Of a DNA stretch of 64,000 nucleotides, positions 58,742 to 64,000 are shown piece by piece (the first letter of the stretch is position 1; the number at the start of each line of letters is the position of its first letter). Below the pieces are notes generated by a model, which was given only the letters and a program-made list of their open reading frames with translations, was not told where the DNA came from and searched no databases. A program made the position numbers and the translations under genes. Location of the stretch: contig WELA01000984.1 of NCBI GenBank assembly GCA_009602735.1, forward strand, positions 87,589-151,588, given 5' to 3'. The DNA is from Mesotaenium endlicherianum (Eukaryota).

Positions 58742-60032
58742 GCTGGATCCGGTGTTCCACCAGGGCCTTCAGCTTCTCCAGCGAAAAACGAAATGTCTTA
58801 CGCGTCCCGGGCCTGGCTTGTCGTAGCTGCGAGATCTCATTTTCATCTAGAGTGATCCGGAAAGTCTGAGGAAGCTTCCCAGCATTCCTTGGCACCAGAC
58901 GATTGTGATCTGCTTGCTCGGCAGCCGTTGCGTCCACAGCCATTTCAGGCATCAGCTTCTCGCCTTTGCAGACGGTCTTTTCTGCAAGATCTGCATCATA
59001 GTAGACATTGGGTGCGTTTAGTTTCGCAAATTGAGCTTTCAACTCAGCGATTTCTGCACTCATAGCTTCATACTGCTGGTTACCCTTGGGGTTACCAGAG
59101 CCACCCTTTTCTTTCTTTTCTTTCTTGTCTGCCTCTTTCATGGCAACATTTGCCCATGGCGGTTTTAAATTTGGGTTCTTAGACCAGCACTCATCTTCTG
59201 AATGTCCCTTCTTGCTGCAATGTGCACATATCTGCGCCTTGCTAGCAGATAGTTACTTAGCATCTAGGTACGGACAATCCCTCTTTTGATGTCTTGATTT
59301 CTCGCAATTCCAACAGCTCTTTGCTGTTTCAGCAATGTTGGCATGCTTAGCAAACTTATTGAAAGACCCGCTCTTTTTCTTAAACTGAAAATTAGAGCTG
59401 TTGGCCTTAGGCGGAGAGGATTCCTCCCTCCTCTCAGGAGCCATAAGCGTCCTGGAAGCCTCTTTGTACCACACTTTACCTTCTTCGACATTGCGTGCTA
59501 TTTCAGCCGCCTCGTCGATGTTCCAGTTAATCCCGTGCTTTGCGGACAGATGTGGCTTGACTTCACGATCTGTTTCCTTGCCCAAGCACAACAGAAACTT
59601 GTCAGCCACTATTTTGGGCTCGTATATGTTTGCCTTTTTGGCGAGGTCTACCAATCTAGATTTAACCTCCAGGACTGTCTCGTTCTTCTGACGAACAAAA
59701 TGCACATAACGGTGCACCTTAAGACTGCGATCCTATGGGAATCGTGCTTCAAGTAACTTAAAGAAACGGCACAGACAATGCTCGGAGTCTAGCTGGTCAT
59801 CCCCACCCTCCATATCCTTACGACAGCTAGCCAAGGCTTGCGCATGGCTTGCCTCTGTCGTAGCGCTATCGCCTTGCTGACCATGAAGAGGTGCAGTTCT
59901 GCGTGTTACTTGTTCCTGAGCATTAGCAATCTTTACAGACAGTTCTGCACACACCTTTCGCAACTCTGCGACAGAGCTGGCATCATCGTTCTGAGTAGCA
60001 GCCCTTTGCTAACCCTCAGTGAGTTGCCTCAT
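58722..60032 (-). pseudogene. Element B gag, truncated by insertion
   Basis: FVRQKNETVLEVKSRL gag-like helix; two CCHC zinc knuckles. Confidence 0.8.
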
Positions 60033-60772
60033 TGAAAGGGGCAGAGTGCCCTAGTGGAAGCGTAGTGATTCACGAGGAAAAGAACTAGTTGCAATCATAC
60101 TAAAGAGTGCAGCGGCATATCAATAAGAAAACTTGAGAAAATTACTTGACATTTTGATTAGCAAGAAACCGCTCACAAATGATGTAGGATGGAAGGCCTT
60201 GTCATTACAAACCCGTAGAAATTTACAGAAGTGAAAACTGATAAGAAACAAAGAAGTTATGCCTATTTAAAATTTTCTGCCTAAGTGCTCCTCCCTAGGA
60301 GGAAGCTACGGATTTTCCTAAGTGTTCGCCAAATCGTCCCTTCTAGAATATTTGTGAGTAAGCCAGATCAGTCTAATCTGACGTTTCGGGCCGAATTGAC
60401 GTCCACATACATGCATCGACATTACTAGAATATTCTATCTCAGACGCGCTAGGCTAAATTGAAACTTCTAGGTAAATCGACCTAGTCGACACTCAGCGTC
60501 AGCCGAACGCGAAGGTTCGAGTTTATTCTAACGGGCCAGATCGCTCAACGCTGTCGGTCAATCCGACGGTCGCGCTCACCGCGAATTAAGGACAGTCGTC
60601 AACCAACCTCAAAACCAATTAAACTTCAGAAATCCGTAACTCTCTCAATACTTGACCAAATTCGATGAACTTTATATCAAAATGACCACAAAACTGCACT
60701 CTACACTAATATATAATCAAAACATACTTTTATGAAACTCAAAAATGCACTTTATAAACCTATGACCTTACA
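60033..60772 (-). repeat. Chromovirus 2 3' LTR (~740 bp)
   Basis: Starts TG right after the PPT; imperfect terminal inverted repeat; abuts element B gag. Confidence 0.75.
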
Positions 60773-63108
60773 TCATCCCCCTCCTCAAGATGCGACGTCC
60801 TCGACGCATTCTGCAGATAACGTCTCAACTTACTCTTACAATGAGTCAAGTTGGCCTCTGGCTCCCAAGTGTTGTCGTCCGCATGGTAGCCTTTCCACTT
60901 GACCAGATACTCTTGGACAAATCGTTGACCTCGCTTGACTCGTCGATCGCCGACAATCGCCTCCACTTCATACTCCAATACATCATCGATCTCGACCGGT
61001 GGTGGCGGTGTAGGTAGTCGTCCTGGATGTCCTTCATTCGGGTCAACGTATGGCCGTAGACAACTGACATGGAACACATCATGGATACGCCAGCCTGAAG
61101 GAAGTTCCAACTTGTAGGCCACTGGATTCACCTGCTTGAGCACTACAAAGGGACCTGTAAACCGTGCCCGCAGTTTCCTCTTGCCTGTGAAAGGTAGGTT
61201 CTCTGTTGACAAGTGTACTTTGTCGCCCACATGGAATGTCACTTCCCTCCGATGCTTGTTGGCATACTTGACCTGTTCCTCCTGTGCCTTCCGAATACAC
61301 GTCTTTGCCATATNTGCCATATCCCATCTGCTCCATGAAAGCTTGTGTAGTAGGAACCTGAGTCTCCTTGGCCCTCTCCAACAAGATGTTCCCTGGATGA
61401 TATACTTCTTGTCCATAAACCATAGCAAATGGTGACTGCTTGGTCGATCCCTGCATGCTGTTGTTGTAGGCAAACTCCAATCCTGGCAGCTTCTTGTCCC
61501 ACTCTAAAGGGTCCTCCATAGTGAAACTCCTGAGCACCTCTTGCAGAGTTCTGTTGAGCCTCTCACTCTGCCCGTCTGTCTGGGGTGATAGGAAGTGCTC
61601 ATACTCAACTTGGTCCCCATCAAAGTAAACAATGACCGCCAGAAGTTGCTAGTAAACCTTGGATCCCGATCTGAAACAATCACCTTCGGCAACCCATGTA
61701 GCCTGAAAATATGATCAAAGAATAGCCGTGCCACATCTGCTGCCGTAGAAGTCTCCTTCATGGGAATGAAGTGAGCCATCTTGCTGAGTCTGTCAGACAC
61801 AACCCATACTGCATCGTGCCCTTGACCACTGACTGGTAACGATGTGATGAAGTCCATAGCAATCTGCTCCCAAGGATACTCTGGAATAGGCAGGGGCCGC
61901 AATGTACCTCCCTTCTTTTGATTTGGTGTCTTGTTTCTCTGGCACGCATCGCAACTCCTGATCCACTCCTCGATGTCCTTGTCCATACTTCTCCAGTAGT
62001 ATTCCCGCTTCAGCACGCTTCCCGTCTTCTTGCTTCCAAAGTGTCCAGCATATAAGCAGTCATGATGCTCCGCAAGTAGTAAGTCTCGTAGCTCCTTGAT
62101 GTCAGGTACCACCACTCTGTTGAAATCACCATAATACCATATGCCGTCCTTCTTCTGCATACTCGCGTTGAACTCAGCTGCTCCACCATCAGCAAACTCG
62201 GGGTCCTCCTCATAACCTCTTTGAAGCTTCTCCTTGAAGTCCATATTCTCCTTGATGATTGAGACAGCTGCAAGGTCACACCTCCTGGATAAAGCGTCTG
62301 CAGGGTTGATCTTCCCAGGTAAGTACTCAATCTTGTGGTCGAACTGTTGCAGAAACTCCATCCACCTTGCTTGTCTTGGTGTCAACGTCGGCTGCGTCAT
62401 AAACTTCTCCAAGCTCTTGTGGTCGGTCTTGATGAACACCTTCCGTCCGTCCACATAACATCGCCAAATCCTCAAAGCCTGGATAATAGCCAACATCTCT
62501 CGCTCGTGTGCTGCATAGTTCTGCTCCGCAGGACTCAACTTCCTGCTCTCATATGCCACAGGCTGCAACCCTTTGCCCTGGTCCTGGAGAAGAATGGCCC
62601 CCACTGCAAAGTTTGATGCGTATGTGATGATGGTGAAAGGAAGCTCTGGACTGGCGGTTGCCAACACAGGTGCCTGTGTCAATAACTCCTTAATCCTCTC
62701 AAATGCTTGCTGCTCCTTGTCACCCCATAGCCACTTCTCCTGCTTCTTCAACATGTCCGTGAGCGGTGCACACACCTTGGCAAATCCTTCAATGAAACGT
62801 CGATAATAATTGGCCGTGCCGAGGAAACTCCTGAGTTGATGAATATCAGCAAGTACCGGCCAATCTCCGACTGCTTGCACCTTCTTCTGCTCCACCTTGA
62901 CTCCTTCAGCTCCCACTATGTGTCCAAGAAACTCGACTTCCTTGAGACAGAAGTCGCACTTGCTCATCTTCCCATATAACTTTTGATCTCTCAAGACCTC
63001 CAACACCTTCCTCAGATGTTCCACATGCTCTTCCAAGGTCTTTGAATAGATCAGGATGTTGTCCACAAATACCACCACAAACTGGTCCAAGTAGGGTCTG
63101 AAGATACT
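60033..63108 (-). mobile_element. Chromovirus 2 (3' part): RT C-terminus, RH, INT, chromodomain, PPT and 3' LTR
   Basis: ORFs 61504-63108, 61079-61537 and 60760-61473; chromodomain YEVEAIV..YLVKWKGY..TWEP; PPT GAGGAGGGGGA; LTR 60033-60772 with TGTAAGG/TGAAAGG ends. Confidence 0.9.
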
Positions 63109-64000
63109 TGTCATGATTTATTGAGTCGAGGTTGTCGTATAAAAACCAAGCTCCACATGTGCGGAACATCAACCTAGGAAGGCCGACTTTGCATTGACTT
63201 TACGCATTTGTATGTTGACCTTTTCTTGATTTCCAAGTCACCAACGTGTAGCGCGTCGAAGCATCTTCCGAATGGCACCAATTTTGCGTCATTTGGTCAA
63301 GTATCGAGCGAGATAGGTGCGATCTAGTCCGCGTCACCTACCGGTCCCTAGCGGATCCTCACCAAAGGGCAATTTGTGTTTCAATGTGCACATTCTTGCC
63401 TATTCGTGACCCCCTAAAACCCCTAGCTTGTGCGCACAAATCCGCGAGCCCCTTAGCCTACATAAGCTTTGCATTTCCATAGTATATGTGCATCATTGAG
63501 GCTATAACTTGGTGACTGCATCACCTACTCCTAGAGGAAGCTTCCTCAATTTCCAGATCCACTTTTGAGGCGCTATCTAGGTAGAATCACCCAAGGTAAG
63601 CTCGGCCAATGAGGGACACGTAGCATATCCTACGCACCTTGCTTTGATTGGTTTGAGTTATGCTTAGCCTATAGGAGTGCTAGTACATGCCTTGTACACA
63701 TTAGTGGACATAGGAGAGCCTCCTAGAGTGACTACATGCATTGGATCCGCCGCATACCCCGCCGGATTTCCAGGAGTATAAGTACTAGAGATGTCCCTAG
63801 AAGAGACATCTTTTAGAAGTCCATTATGCCAGGTGTAAGTAACAGAGATTATCAGTAAAGCTTACACTTTTATCTCTTGTGTTTTCAGGACCACTTAGTT
63901 ACTCTCTTGTGAAAAGCAAGCCCTCCGGGCTTCCAGTCACTTGAAGAATTTCACAAGTGGTGAGCAAAGTCACAACTTAAGCCCTTGCCATAGGACTACT
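63109..64000. mobile_element. Family D LTR inserted in chromovirus 2 RT; runs off the window
   Basis: Starts TGTCATGA; reverse-complement homolog of 42500-44902. Confidence 0.85.

Larger units (their letters stand above)
48455..60032 (-). mobile_element. Element B: Ty3/Gypsy retrotransposon gag-PR-DNMT-spacer-RT-RH-INT-PHD; 5' part displaced by chromovirus 2
   Basis: Two CCHC knuckles (CWNCEKSRHQKRDC, CAHCSKKGHSEDEC); LLNTGA protease; DNMT; RMCGDYRRLN, YIDD; HTDWS; IEHFSKW; PHD; scattered stops. Confidence 0.9.

Noticed and set aside
63109..63114. Met start of ORF 61504-63114
   Set aside because: The ATG comes from the inserted family D LTR; the RT is interrupted there.
1..64000. CRISPR array, rRNA or tRNA genes
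   Set aside because: No regularly spaced repeat-spacer array or recognisable structural RNA was seen; the context is eukaryotic.

Overview
Eukaryotic draft-assembly DNA with N gaps. The gene content and repeats suggest a green-lineage genome, probably a streptophyte alga (inference). Bases ~1.2-14.0 kb hold 16 internal exons of a VPS35L (C16orf62/Retriever subunit) gene on the + strand, with microsatellite-rich introns. No first or terminal exon was found in the window. From ~15 kb to the end is a deeply nested transposon pile. It contains two divergent, decayed Ty3/Gypsy elements (- strand) that each encode a C5 cytosine DNA methyltransferase between protease and RT plus a PHD finger after integrase, and a third, deleted relative. 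Two chromodomain Gypsy elements are inserted in their gag regions. One is complete (721-bp LTRs, GTGCC TSD), has an unexplained ~555-aa extra 3' ORF, and carries a TTAA-flanked piggyBac element in pol. Also present: two hAT-type MITEs, a CAC-ended DNA element carrying an orphan zinc-ribbon ORF, nested solo LTRs, and tandem ~1.6-kb LTR-like units. All calls are by eye from motifs, TSDs and internal repeats; no database searches were run.
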